A stretch of DNA of 64,000 nucleotides from Microcoleus sp. (GCA_052279835.1 CP181291.1:2464001-2528000), one strand, 5' to 3'. Shown: positions 9,775-19,668, counted from the first letter of the stretch. Notes: generated by a model not told the origin, from the sequence alone. Program-made: numbers and translations.

Positions 9775-9816
9775 AATCTAGAGGATATACTTTGGGTTTT
9801 CTGTATTGAATTAAAC
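9775..9816 (-). promoter_or_regulatory. putative NtcA-activated promoter
   Basis: minus strand GTT-N8-TAC (9816-9803), 22-nt spacer, then TAGATT (TAN3T) -10 box at 9780-9775. Confidence 0.6.
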
Positions 9817-9870
9817 CGTATTTGTTAGCAAATGTTAGTAAAAAACTATCGAAAGAGGCGATTTTGATTG

Positions 9871-9998
9871 ACCAGGCGTTGGTGGCTGGGGAGGTTAATA
9901 TTTTTGTCTGAATCAAAAAGCGATCGCCCATTCAAGACAATACGCCCTGTGGTAGGCGTATCAACACCAGCAATACAGCGAAGAGTCATGCTTTATCC
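9871..9998 (-). pseudogene. fragment of ModC/CysA-type ABC ATPase
   Basis: minus strand reads G*SMTLRCIAGVDTPTTGRIVLNGRSLFDSDKNINLPSHQR; the Walker A Lys codon is TAA. Confidence 0.7.
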
Positions 9999-10124
9999 GT
10001 ATTTATTTTTGTCGATTGAGCCTTGGCTAGCTGGGGCGAAACTATATTGAAAACACCAGATAGTTTGAGGATGCTCAGGAGACTGCTGAAAAAAGCAATT
10101 ACAGGTTTTGTTGTCATTAATAGA

Positions 10125-11714
10125 TTAAAATTCTGCGTTCATTTGGCGCACGACTGTTAAAGCAGAATAGGAGACTCCTGCGGTTCCTTCTCCGGGATGG
10201 GTGGAGTCCCCGACTAACCAGAGGTTTTGAATCGGTGTGCGATTGGCAAAGCCGAAGGGTCCGAAGGTGGGTATTCGCTGGCCGATGCCCCCTACAACGC
10301 CTCTATCTCTGGCTGTATAACGCGCAAAGGTGCGGGGTGTAGCTGATTCTTGATGGACGATCGCCTCTGGTGTTAAATTGAAATATTCGCTCAAACGGGC
10401 GATCGCGCCGATCGTATATTTTTGCTTCAAAGCTTCATAATCTGCACAATTCCACCACATTCGAGTATCGGTAAAGGAGGAAGCAATCAGCGTGGCCATT
10501 CCCGTTGGTGCTCTACCATCTCCCGGATGGCTGACAGAAACAAACAAGGAATTATTCTCTCCTATTTCGCATTCGTAGTCATAAAGAAACTGAAGGTGAG
10601 GCGGACAGTTTGGCGGAATTGCGCTTGCTTTTACTCCTAAATAGATGACAAAAGCGCCGGATGCTGGTGGCAATTTATCGACTCGATGTTTGTAGCCTTT
10701 CATTTGATATGGCAAGCTATCATCAGAAGATTGGGTAAGTTTTGTATCCGATAATTCGGCGATTTCTGGTGAGATGTTTGAATTGGTTTCTAACAATTTT
10801 ACCAGATTTTGGGCGGTGATGTTGGCGACAATATCATCGGCGGTTTCTGTCCATATTTCGCCAGTTTTTTGATTGCGAATCGTTGTACCCGTAGCTTTGC
10901 CGTTCACTGTGATAATCCTTTCAACTGTGTGACGGAGTAGGACTTTGCCACCGTCTCGTTCGATCGCTTCTACGAGTCGATCGCTCAATACCTGCATACT
11001 CCCTTGTAGATGATACAATCCTTGTGGTGCTTGGGAGACTCCTAAAGCTGTGGCTGCGTAGAGTAGGGCTGTTTCTTCGGTATCTACTTGAGAATACAAT
11101 TTTAATTGCAAATCGAGAAAAGTTTTCAGACGCAAATTGTCGCCCAATCCGCAAAGGCGCAAAGCATCTCCTACTGTCATGAAAGTGAAAGGTAAGGTAA
11201 TCAAAGTATCGGGGCGAACAGCTTTAGTTAATTGCCAGAAATCCCAGAAGTTTCTGGGTGGTAAAACAGGATCGCGTCCTTGAAATTTCCAGCTAGCTTG
11301 GAATAATGTAGATAATAATTGCCAAAATTGTTCGCTGCCGGGAAACTGTTTTTGTCTTTCTTGTTGCCATTTTTGGGGTTCTCGCCAGACGCTAATGGGT
11401 GTGCTTTCTCCTGGTAAAAATACGGCACAGGCTGGATCGCAGGGTGTGGCGGCTGGGAGTTCGATGTTTAATTCGGAGAATATGCGGTGGTGAATTCCTC
11501 CGGGTTCCAATCCTGCGACTTGGGTGGCGCCGACATCGAAGGTAAAGCCTTTGCGTTTGAAGGTGGAAGCGCATCCGCCAGGGACGATCGCCTGGTCTAA
11601 GACTAGCACTTTGTATCCTCGGCGAGCTAGTAGGGCTGCTGCTGTGAGCCCGCCGATTCCGGCTCCGATGACGGTGACGCGGGATTTGCCAACAGGGGTG
11701 CGATCGCTGACCAT
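10125..11714 (-). CDS. crtD: carotenoid C-3',4' desaturase (CrtD-type)
   Basis: VIGAGIGGL FAD motif, FDVGATQVAGLEPGGIHH, GDSTHPGEGTAGVS. Confidence 0.85.
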   Translation of the reverse strand: MVSDRTPVGKSRVTVIGAGIGGLTAAALLARRGYKVLVLDQAIVPGGCASTFKRKGFTFDVGATQVAGLEPGGIHHRIFSELNIELPAATPCDPACAVFLPGESTPISVWREPQKWQQERQKQFPGSEQFWQLLSTLFQASWKFQGRDPVLPPRNFWDFWQLTKAVRPDTLITLPFTFMTVGDALRLCGLGDNLRLKTFLDLQLKLYSQVDTEETALLYAATALGVSQAPQGLYHLQGSMQVLSDRLVEAIERDGGKVLLRHTVERIITVNGKATGTTIRNQKTGEIWTETADDIVANITAQNLVKLLETNSNISPEIAELSDTKLTQSSDDSLPYQMKGYKHRVDKLPPASGAFVIYLGVKASAIPPNCPPHLQFLYDYECEIGENNSLFVSVSHPGDGRAPTGMATLIASSFTDTRMWWNCADYEALKQKYTIGAIARLSEYFNLTPEAIVHQESATPRTFARYTARDRGVVGGIGQRIPTFGPFGFANRTPIQNLWLVGDSTHPGEGTAGVSYSALTVVRQMNAEF

Positions 11715-11864
11715 AATTGATTTATTGTAATATTTCTTAATATTATGCTCATATTTTGCAAAAAAACGTAAAACGCGATCGATGTCTAAACCCCGATTTG
11801 TTAAACAAAGAGGTCCGGGTTCAGACAACGCGATCGCGCGATAAATTTTTCTGCTAAATCAAAA

Positions 11865-13550
11865 TTATGGACGACGCCACTTGTTGAGATAAGCTTCTCC
11901 AATGCCAGCTACAGATTGCTGTTGGGCTAGCTGTTCTCGTAAACCTTTGATGGTTCTGATCTGTTCTTGAGACTGCTGCTGCAAAGCATCATAATTTCGC
12001 TGTTTGGCCAAACTTTGACTCAATTGATTTTCCAAAGCTTGCAACTTGGTTAGTTGAAGTTGGAAGTGCTGGATGGAGGTTTCTCGTTCCGATAACTGAG
12101 CAAGTAAACTTTCGTAACTTGACTTTGGTACGGTTTCGGCTAATTGCTGTTCCCAACTTTGCTTGGCTTCTGCTAATTGAGAATGCAAGGAGTTGAGGAA
12201 GTTTTCTCGTTCTGACAATTGCATCAGCAATTGCTGTTCGAGATTTTGCTTTTCTGCTAGTTGAGAATGCAATTGGGCGATCGAGTTTTCTCGTTCTGTC
12301 AACTGTTGTTGCCAAGATTCCTGTTGCTGCAATTGCTGTTCCAGATTTTGCTTGGCTTCGGCTAGTTGAGAATGCAAGGAGTTGAGGGAGTTTTCTCGTT
12401 CTGACAATTGCTGATGCAACTGTTGTTCGAGATTTTGCTTTTCTGCTAGTTGAGAATGCAATTGGGCGATCGAGTTTTCCCGTTCTGTCAACTGTTGTTG
12501 CCAAGATTCCTGTTGCTGCAATTGCTGTTCCAAATTTTGCTTGGCTTCGGCTAATTGAGAATGCAAGGAGTTGAGGGAGTTTTCTCGTTCTGATAATTGC
12601 TGATGCAACTGTTGTTCGAGATTTTGGGTTTCGGCTAGTTGAGCATCCAATTGGGCGATCGAGTTTTCTCGTTCTGTCAACTGTTGTTGCAAAGATTCGT
12701 AACTTGACTTTGGTACAGTTTCGGATAGTTGCTGTTCCAGATGTTGCTTGTCGGAGGCTAGTTGAGCATCCAATTGGGCGATCGAGTTTTCCCGTTCTGT
12801 CAACTGTTGTTGCAAAGATTCGTAACTTGACTTTGGTACAGTTTCAGCTAGTTGCTGTTCCAGATGTTGCTTAGCTTGGGCTAGTTGAGCATCCAATTGG
12901 GCGATCGAGTTTTCCCGTTCTGTCAACTGTTGTTGCAAAGATTCGTAACTTGACTTTGGTACAGTTTCAGCTAGTTGCTGTTCCAGATGTTGCTTAGCGG
13001 AGGCTAGTTGAGCATCCAATTGGGCGATCGAGTTTTCTCGTTCTGTCAACTGTTGTTGCAAAGATTCGTAACTTGACTTTGGTACAGTTTCAGCTAGTTG
13101 CTGTTCCAGATGTTGCTTAGCGGAGGCTAGTTGAGCATCCAATTGGGCGATCGAGTTTTCTCGTTCTGTCAACTGTTGTTGTAAAGATTCGTAACTTGCT
13201 TGCAGTGGATTTGGCTGCGTACTCGTCGGATTTTCTGCTGGAGTTTGAGCCGTTTGGGTGTCATTAATTTCCCTGACTTCGGTTGTTTCCCCTGGGGATT
13301 CGGCGACATCTACCGGAGTTTGTTCCGTTTTTTTCCAAGTTACACTAACTTTTGTCTTGTCGGTAGAAATCTCCAGAGAACCCTTGGCCAAGCGTTCTAG
13401 GAGTTCTGACCTGGATATGTCCAGCTTGCGAGCGATTGCGTTCAATCGATCGGCACTATAAGGAGTGAGCGAAAGTCCGATTTTGACTTTGCTTTCTGGA
13501 TCTGAACTAGCTACATTGCGACTTTTTTTTACCATTGGCATTTTCCTCAT
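11865..13550 (-). CDS. ribbon-helix-helix-like N-terminal domain + long tandem-repeat coiled-coil protein
   Basis: KIGLSLTPYSADRLNAIARKLDISRSELLERLA (RHH pattern) followed by Q/E/L-rich repeats. Confidence 0.8.
   Translation of the reverse strand: MRKMPMVKKSRNVASSDPESKVKIGLSLTPYSADRLNAIARKLDISRSELLERLAKGSLEISTDKTKVSVTWKKTEQTPVDVAESPGETTEVREINDTQTAQTPAENPTSTQPNPLQASYESLQQQLTERENSIAQLDAQLASAKQHLEQQLAETVPKSSYESLQQQLTERENSIAQLDAQLASAKQHLEQQLAETVPKSSYESLQQQLTERENSIAQLDAQLAQAKQHLEQQLAETVPKSSYESLQQQLTERENSIAQLDAQLASDKQHLEQQLSETVPKSSYESLQQQLTERENSIAQLDAQLAETQNLEQQLHQQLSERENSLNSLHSQLAEAKQNLEQQLQQQESWQQQLTERENSIAQLHSQLAEKQNLEQQLHQQLSERENSLNSLHSQLAEAKQNLEQQLQQQESWQQQLTERENSIAQLHSQLAEKQNLEQQLLMQLSERENFLNSLHSQLAEAKQSWEQQLAETVPKSSYESLLAQLSERETSIQHFQLQLTKLQALENQLSQSLAKQRNYDALQQQSQEQIRTIKGLREQLAQQQSVAGIGEAYLNKWRRP
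12100..13200. repeat. intragenic tandem repeats: 123-bp (41-aa) unit x4+ and 189-bp (63-aa) unit x2
   Basis: GATTCGTAACTTG recurs every 123 bp (about 12694-13186); CCAAGATTCCTGTTGCTGC recurs at 12312 and 12501. Confidence 0.9.
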
Positions 13551-14089
13551 GCCAACCTACACTAATTAGTATAGTGGCTGAAGCTTCTATTAAAATCAAT
13601 TTTTGTTACTTACTAATTGTTGCAGCTTCCGTTCCCAATCGAACAAAAACCTGTGAATGTCATTTTGAGTTCCAGGAGTGCCGTAGAACCGCTTCAACAT
13701 TCTTCGCCCAGAGTCTTTTACGGCACGATACCGCCATGGGCGCTGTTTAGCTTCTCAAATACTATCCAACTTTTGACACTCTGTCAGCATTTGCCCAAAG
13801 TCCATTTGCTTAGGGATCGTCCATGACTAGGACGAAAAACAACAAAAGGTTAGCGGGACTGAGGAAAATCAGGGCTGAGTTAAAGGGTTGTTAGGGGGAT
13901 AGAGAGATTGGCTCGCCAGATCGATCTTATCACTGAGGCGATCGTCCGATCTCAAAGAGTGCGATCGGAGTCGCGCTCAACAAAAGAAGGTAATTATTTA
14001 TAAAAACTTTACATAAAATATTAGAAAATTGATACAATAATAAATAATATACCACCGATTATTGCTATAACTTTACAATTCTGTTACCT

Positions 14090-15928
14090 ATGACTATCAA
14101 AAATCATCAACAATATCAGCAATCCTTAGATTGGTTGCGACAATTTCAGCAGTTTATCACTGAATTCGATAGTATTGAAGCCTTAAAATCTGAAGGCAAA
14201 ATCTGGAAACTGCCCAAAGAATCTTACCAGACTAAAATTGACAAATTAAACTTAGAAATAAGCGAGTATGAAACACTGATTAATTGCGATCGAAAACAGC
14301 CCCTGCAAATCACTGTTGAAAGTTTAAAAAAACTACCCGATGCTTTAATTAAAGCTCGCATCGCCTCAAAAATCAGCCAAAAAGAACTGGCAGAGCGACT
14401 AGAAATTGATGAAGATATCATTAAACAGCATGAGGACACAGATTATCAATGTGCTAGTTTTCTAGAAATCATCGAAATTAGTACCGCTTTGGGCATAAAA
14501 TTTGAACCGGCTGCAATCCGAGTAGATTTTGAGGAAGTAACCCACATTAAACACAATGCAGAAAAATGCCCCAGGAAAAATTTTGATTCAGGAGAATATG
14601 GAGAATATACTCAAAACTCTTTACAGCGAACAGTAAAAGAACTTGCAGATGTAAAGTTTGCCCTGGATCAATCCTGTATTGTCGCCATTACCGATCGCCA
14701 AGGTAAGATTACCTACATCAATGACAAGTTTTGCGAAATTTCTAAATATTCGCGAGCCGAACTATTGGGAAAAACTCACCGCATTATTAATTCTGGATAT
14801 CATCCCAAAGAATTTTTTAGCGAAATGTGGCAAACTATCGCTAGTGGCGAAGTCTGGAGAGGAGAAGTCAAAAACCGGGCTAAAGATGGAACTTATTATT
14901 GGGTAGACACGACCATCGTCCCTTTCCTGAATGAAGCAGGAAATCCTTATCAATATGTGGCAATTCGTAATGACATCACTAATTGTAAACAAGCCAAAGA
15001 AGAACTACAATTTCTGAATGAAGAATTAGAAGCTAGAGTGGAGGCGCGGACTGCTGATTTAGAAAAGGTGCTACACAATCTCCAGCAGGCGCAAACCCGA
15101 TTAGTTCAAAGTGAAAAAATGTCAAGTCTTGGACAATTGGTTGCCGGAATTGCCCATGAAATTAACAATCCAGTTAATTTCATTTACGGAAATCTTATTC
15201 ATGCCACCGAATACACAGAGGAATTGGTAAGACTGCTTCAGCTATATAGACAGCACGATAGAGACACCCATCCTGAAAGCTGGGAAGAATCGGAAGACAG
15301 CGATATCGATTTTATGATTGAAGACTTGCCGAAAATTTTGGAATCTATGGGAGTTGGGGCTAAGCGAATTCAGGGGATTGTCACATCGTTACGAACTTTT
15401 TCTCGGATGGATGAAGCGGAGATTAAGAATGTTAATATCCATGAGGGGATGGATAGCACTTTGATGATTTTGCAGAACCGTTTGAAAACTAAGTCTGATC
15501 GGCTAAGTATTGAGGTGATTAAATACTATGGTAATCTACCTCGGATCGAGTGTTACGCCGGACAACTAAATCAAGTGTTTATGAATATTCTGAGCAATGC
15601 CATCGATGCTTTAGAAGAGGCGTATACTAAAGTAGATAATTTTCAAGGTTGTATTACAATTCGTACCAGTTTGTGCGATCGCCAACAAGTAGTGATTGAA
15701 ATTGGTGATAACGGTTTAGGAGTGCATCCCTCGGTGCAGCAGCGATTATTCGATCCATTTTTTACCACAAAACCAGTGGGTAAGGGAACTGGTTTGGGAT
15801 TATCCATTAGCTATCAGATAATTACTGATAGGCATAGAGGTACACTACGCTGTGAATCAGAATTTGGCAAAGGTAGTCGGTTTATTATCACAATTCCCAC
15901 TTTCCAAATAACTAAGTCTAAACTTTAA
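14090..15928 (+). CDS. sensor histidine kinase with N-terminal XRE/HTH_3-like domain, PAS, HisKA and HATPase
   Basis: ALIKARIASKISQKELAERL (XRE HTH); PAS/PAC; GIAHEINNP H-box; DPFFTTKPVGKGTGLGLS. Confidence 0.92.
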   Translation: MTIKNHQQYQQSLDWLRQFQQFITEFDSIEALKSEGKIWKLPKESYQTKIDKLNLEISEYETLINCDRKQPLQITVESLKKLPDALIKARIASKISQKELAERLEIDEDIIKQHEDTDYQCASFLEIIEISTALGIKFEPAAIRVDFEEVTHIKHNAEKCPRKNFDSGEYGEYTQNSLQRTVKELADVKFALDQSCIVAITDRQGKITYINDKFCEISKYSRAELLGKTHRIINSGYHPKEFFSEMWQTIASGEVWRGEVKNRAKDGTYYWVDTTIVPFLNEAGNPYQYVAIRNDITNCKQAKEELQFLNEELEARVEARTADLEKVLHNLQQAQTRLVQSEKMSSLGQLVAGIAHEINNPVNFIYGNLIHATEYTEELVRLLQLYRQHDRDTHPESWEESEDSDIDFMIEDLPKILESMGVGAKRIQGIVTSLRTFSRMDEAEIKNVNIHEGMDSTLMILQNRLKTKSDRLSIEVIKYYGNLPRIECYAGQLNQVFMNILSNAIDALEEAYTKVDNFQGCITIRTSLCDRQQVVIEIGDNGLGVHPSVQQRLFDPFFTTKPVGKGTGLGLSISYQIITDRHRGTLRCESEFGKGSRFIITIPTFQITKSKL

Positions 15929-15948
15929 TTTAATACTGCCACGCATCC

Positions 15949-16065
15949 TATTGTTGACCGTTGCATCGTCAGGTGATTTAACCTTACTAGAACAGGCTTG
16001 ACACAGAGTCCGAGAATAGAGAGATGAATAATTAAGATGAAGAGAGGATTTGATATCAAATCCTC
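15949..16065. repeat. dispersed MITE-like repeat, copy 2, ending in palindrome GAGGATTTGATATCAAATCCTC
   Basis: similar to 6861-6966. Confidence 0.75.
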
Positions 16066-16100
16066 AATGATTGAAAACTGGACGTTCATTCAAGGGAATT

Positions 16101-18089
16101 TTATCCAACAGCAACTCGAAAACCCACAATACTAGCCCTACAATCAGGTTGATATCTGAGGCGACAGGCGCTGCGACAATTCGGAGCATGATCGTTCCAA
16201 GAACCGCCTCGCAATACCCTCAGCGACTCGTCACCACGATAGTCCCAAACACGACCATCGGTAGGTGCACCATTGTAATTACTATGCCAAAAATCCGCGC
16301 ACCATTCCCAAACATTTCCGTGGAAATCGTACAATCCAAAAGCATTAGGTTTAAAACTACCCACATCAGTTGTTTGAGCTCGATAAATTCCCTTCGGTGC
16401 TTCAGCATAATTAGAACTACCGTTGTAATTTGCCAAGTCAGTGGTAATCGTTTCCCCAAAGTGAAAAGCCGTCATAGTTTCCCCCCGACAAGCATATTCC
16501 CATTGGGCCTCGCTAGGTAAACGATAATTCTTACCAGTTTTCCGAGAAAGTCTAGCGCAGAACTCCACAGCCTCGTACCAAGATATATTTTCTACAGGTC
16601 GATTTACGCCTTTAAAACGGGAAGGATCGGGATTGAGGAATATTTTAATTTCCGACAGTGAAGCTACCACCGCCCACTGAGCCTGAGTGACTGGAAATTT
16701 GCCCATATAGAAAGGTGCTAAAGTCACTTGTTGCTGAGGTTTTTCATCACTATCTCCCTCATTACTTGCAGAACCTATCAGGAAATTACCGCTAGGCACT
16801 GACACCATTTCTATAACTAAGCCGCTGCCAATATTTTCTTCAAAAAAATCAGCTTTTCCCTGTTGAACATTAGTTTGATGACCTCTTTTGTCGAGGGTTA
16901 AAAACTCAAATTTAAAGGTATTTTTGGGAGAGTTGACATTGTGGTTAGCCTGGGTAACGGCGACACTGTTATTAAATTGTTCCTGTTTTTTAACCACATG
17001 GCTAGGACGTTGCGTCCTGGGAGGCTGAGGATTTTGGACAACAATTGACTCTCCTGTATTTTGTTCAGAATTGAGAGCTAGTTTACCTGCTGATAGGGAC
17101 AGAGGTGGTTGGGGTGGTAAGGAATAAAGATTTAAAGCTTTGATTACTTCATCAGCAGATTGATACCTATTTATGAGATAATCTTGAATTAATTTATCTA
17201 ATACTTCTACCAATTTTCGACTTAAACTTGTGTGGGGAGGTAATTTTTTTCTCCAGTTACCAATGCCTTTAGTCGGGTCATAAAGCTCATCATAACCGTC
17301 AACTTGTGGCAAACAGTTAGTTAGCAACCGCAGGCAAGTTATCCCCAAGCTGTACAAATCACTGCCCGGAAAAACTTGACCCCGCATTTGTTCCATCGGT
17401 GAGTATCCGCGAGTCCCCACTGTGGTCCCTGATTTACTCATCAGCGATCCTGTTACCTGTTTAGAAACACCGAAGTCGATCAGAACTAAATCTCCTCGCC
17501 CTCCTTTTCGGAAAACTGAATTACGCAAGGTTCTAGTTTTTGGGAGAGATGAGTTAAGGGAGCTGCGACGGCGGATGATGTTCTCAAGTTTTATATCTCG
17601 GTGAATCACATTGCGATCGTGAACAAATTTAAGAACTGGTAGTAAATCTGCTAGTAACTGCCAAATTTTTTCTTCATTAAAAACGCCCTGTTGAGTTAAT
17701 TCGGCGAGTAAATTTTGCCCTTCTATTAACTCTTGTACCAAATAAAGTCGCTGGTCTTGTTCAAAATAAGCAATTAATCTAGGAATTTGGGGATGTTCGC
17801 CTAGTTCGTAAAGTCGTTTTGCTTCTTGCTGAAACAGTTCAGTTGCTTTTTCAATGGCAGAGGTTCCCTGAAATTGAGGCATAAACTGCTTAATTACGCA
17901 TGGGTCGTCCATGCGGTCTGTATCTACTGCTTCATAAGTTCTGCCAAATCCCCCTTCGCCCAAAAGTCGAATTACGCGGTAGCGGTTTCTGAATAAAGGT
18001 GTGAGGCCTTGAACTCCGCAACTTTGACAAAATTTAGAGTTGTCGGGATTGAAAGGATTAGAACACCTGGGGTTGGAACAGTAGAACAT
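16101..18089 (-). CDS. Ser/Thr protein kinase fused to FGE-sulfatase (SUMF1) domain
   Basis: N-terminal Cys cluster, LGEGGFG, HRDIK, DFG; C-terminal RLPSEAQWEYACR, GNVWEWC, RGGSW. Confidence 0.93.
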   Translation of the reverse strand: MFYCSNPRCSNPFNPDNSKFCQSCGVQGLTPLFRNRYRVIRLLGEGGFGRTYEAVDTDRMDDPCVIKQFMPQFQGTSAIEKATELFQQEAKRLYELGEHPQIPRLIAYFEQDQRLYLVQELIEGQNLLAELTQQGVFNEEKIWQLLADLLPVLKFVHDRNVIHRDIKLENIIRRRSSLNSSLPKTRTLRNSVFRKGGRGDLVLIDFGVSKQVTGSLMSKSGTTVGTRGYSPMEQMRGQVFPGSDLYSLGITCLRLLTNCLPQVDGYDELYDPTKGIGNWRKKLPPHTSLSRKLVEVLDKLIQDYLINRYQSADEVIKALNLYSLPPQPPLSLSAGKLALNSEQNTGESIVVQNPQPPRTQRPSHVVKKQEQFNNSVAVTQANHNVNSPKNTFKFEFLTLDKRGHQTNVQQGKADFFEENIGSGLVIEMVSVPSGNFLIGSASNEGDSDEKPQQQVTLAPFYMGKFPVTQAQWAVVASLSEIKIFLNPDPSRFKGVNRPVENISWYEAVEFCARLSRKTGKNYRLPSEAQWEYACRGETMTAFHFGETITTDLANYNGSSNYAEAPKGIYRAQTTDVGSFKPNAFGLYDFHGNVWEWCADFWHSNYNGAPTDGRVWDYRGDESLRVLRGGSWNDHAPNCRSACRLRYQPDCRASIVGFRVAVG

Positions 18090-18290
18090 ATCTGGGAAGA
18101 AATGATCCGGTTAAGATTATGATATATCTTTTATGGGTGTTTGCCTCCTCATGGAGTTATCAAAATTAGAAAGAGATTTAAATAGCAGGAATCCTAGCCC
18201 GATCGACTAATTTTCGCCACTCTCTGTGCGCCGATATTTGCCCTTGTCCTCGCTAATGGAGTGAATCAATCTCTGGATTTCTCAAAAATA

Positions 18291-18438
18291 GGGCCCAGCG
18301 GAGGGGGAGCATCCCGATTTTGCATAGGCGAAGCATGACCGCAGACAATTTATTAGTGATAACCAGAGATTTACAGCGGTCATGCTATAGCCCATACGAA
18401 TATATTTGCAAAACACAGATGCACCCCGCCGATGGGCC
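18291..18438. other. long imperfect fold-back (candidate structured ncRNA or fold-back element)
   Basis: nested inverted repeats: GGCCCAGCGGAGGGGGAGCATC / GATGCACCCCGCCGATGGGCC, TTTTGCA / TGCAAAA, AGCATGACCGC / GCGGTCATGCT. Confidence 0.55.
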
Positions 18439-18727
18439 TCCGTAGCATTAAGTATCAAATTAAACACTGTCGAAGGGTTTATTAAATATTGTGAAGCTAG
18501 CATCGACAGATGGAAACATCCAGCCCGATAGAAGCTTCTTGGTTGGCGGCAGAGGGCTCGGCCAGACCCCAACACGCAGGCAGAAATATGGAGGCGATCG
18601 GCTGCACTTCATTATTCGGTGGCTGTTGATTATTTCCCAGCTTCGGTTAATCCACTGCACCACCGTCATTAGATGGATGGAAACTCCTGATTGTGTTTGC
18701 TAATGTGGACGAACTTTTTGCGTCTTG

Positions 18728-19114
18728 CTAAGTAAGTTTATTTTTGCAGAATTTGACTCCGAAAATAACTGATACAAACAGAATACAGCAGGATACTGAC
18801 ACTATTGTTTCTTTGATATTTGGTGATATGAATACGATAAATCCCTGATCTTTAATCAAGGCGGAGAAGCTGGACACACAAAATGGCATCAAATATAATC
18901 TGAAGGCCTGCCAAAAATCTTTTTTGCCATGATTAGAAGAAACACTGAGCATCAGACCCGTACCAATTACAACACTTATACCCATAGAATTCATCCATAT
19001 CTTAATGGAAGGATCGAAATGAAAACAAACTACTACAAGATACCAAATGAGATAGCACCAGAGAATTGTTTTATCTAATTTGATGGCGTAAAGATATTGA
19101 ATCAACCATTTCAT
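18728..19114 (-). CDS. hypothetical membrane protein (about 4 TM)
   Basis: hydrophobic 128-aa ORF co-oriented with the upstream cluster. Confidence 0.75.
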   Translation of the reverse strand: MKWLIQYLYAIKLDKTILWCYLIWYLVVVCFHFDPSIKIWMNSMGISVVIGTGLMLSVSSNHGKKDFWQAFRLYLMPFCVSSFSALIKDQGFIVFISPNIKETIVSVSCCILFVSVIFGVKFCKNKLT

Positions 19115-19140
19115 AGGTATAACAAGGCTTTTTCAAAGGG

Positions 19141-19668
19141 CTATGAACTCGATCGCTGGAGTCTGGCAGCACCAAAGGTGGCATTGAACTTACGGCACCA
19201 AATCGCGGCCGAAGCATAATCTTCTGAGTTGATGCTGGCAGGGATCGCATAGCTTTGAGCACCGCTGTATGATTTGAGTGGTGCGATCGACACATAGTCA
19301 CCTTTCTTGAGGGGATAGGCGGGAGGAACTGTCGAGCCAATGACATCGGGGGATTTGTGTAAAATTACGACTAAATCAGGACCAGAGGTTGAGGTTTGAA
19401 ATGCTCGATCGAGTTCCAGAATGCGCTCATTCCCTTTCTGGACAATGCGGGCAGTGCCTTTGGTGGGGTGTTCGCCATCGACAAAAGTGCCAGAAGTTAG
19501 AACTTTTGCGACTTGAGCCGTTGCGGGTGATGTCGCTGGCCCAGTTGGCGTGGTTTCAGGAGTGACGGATGAGGCGATAGTAGCTCGATCGCCAGGGGTT
19601 TTGGTGCAGGCGATCGCGATTGTTGACACAAAGGTAAGACTAGCAAAGTTGAAATAGCGGCGTTTCAT
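19141..19668 (-). CDS. DM13-domain lipoprotein
   Basis: lipobox IAIAC; GPDLVVILH, GAQSYAIP, IWCRKFNATFGAA. Confidence 0.88.
   Translation of the reverse strand: MKRRYFNFASLTFVSTIAIACTKTPGDRATIASSVTPETTPTGPATSPATAQVAKVLTSGTFVDGEHPTKGTARIVQKGNERILELDRAFQTSTSGPDLVVILHKSPDVIGSTVPPAYPLKKGDYVSIAPLKSYSGAQSYAIPASINSEDYASAAIWCRKFNATFGAARLQRSSS

Noticed and set aside
12100..13200. Possible CRISPR array
   Set aside because: The repeats are in-frame coding units with no unique spacers; no cas genes or repeat-spacer array seen anywhere in the window
18282..18703. Three short overlapping ORFs
   Set aside because: Non-ATG starts, no motifs and mutual overlap; the region is better explained as non-coding
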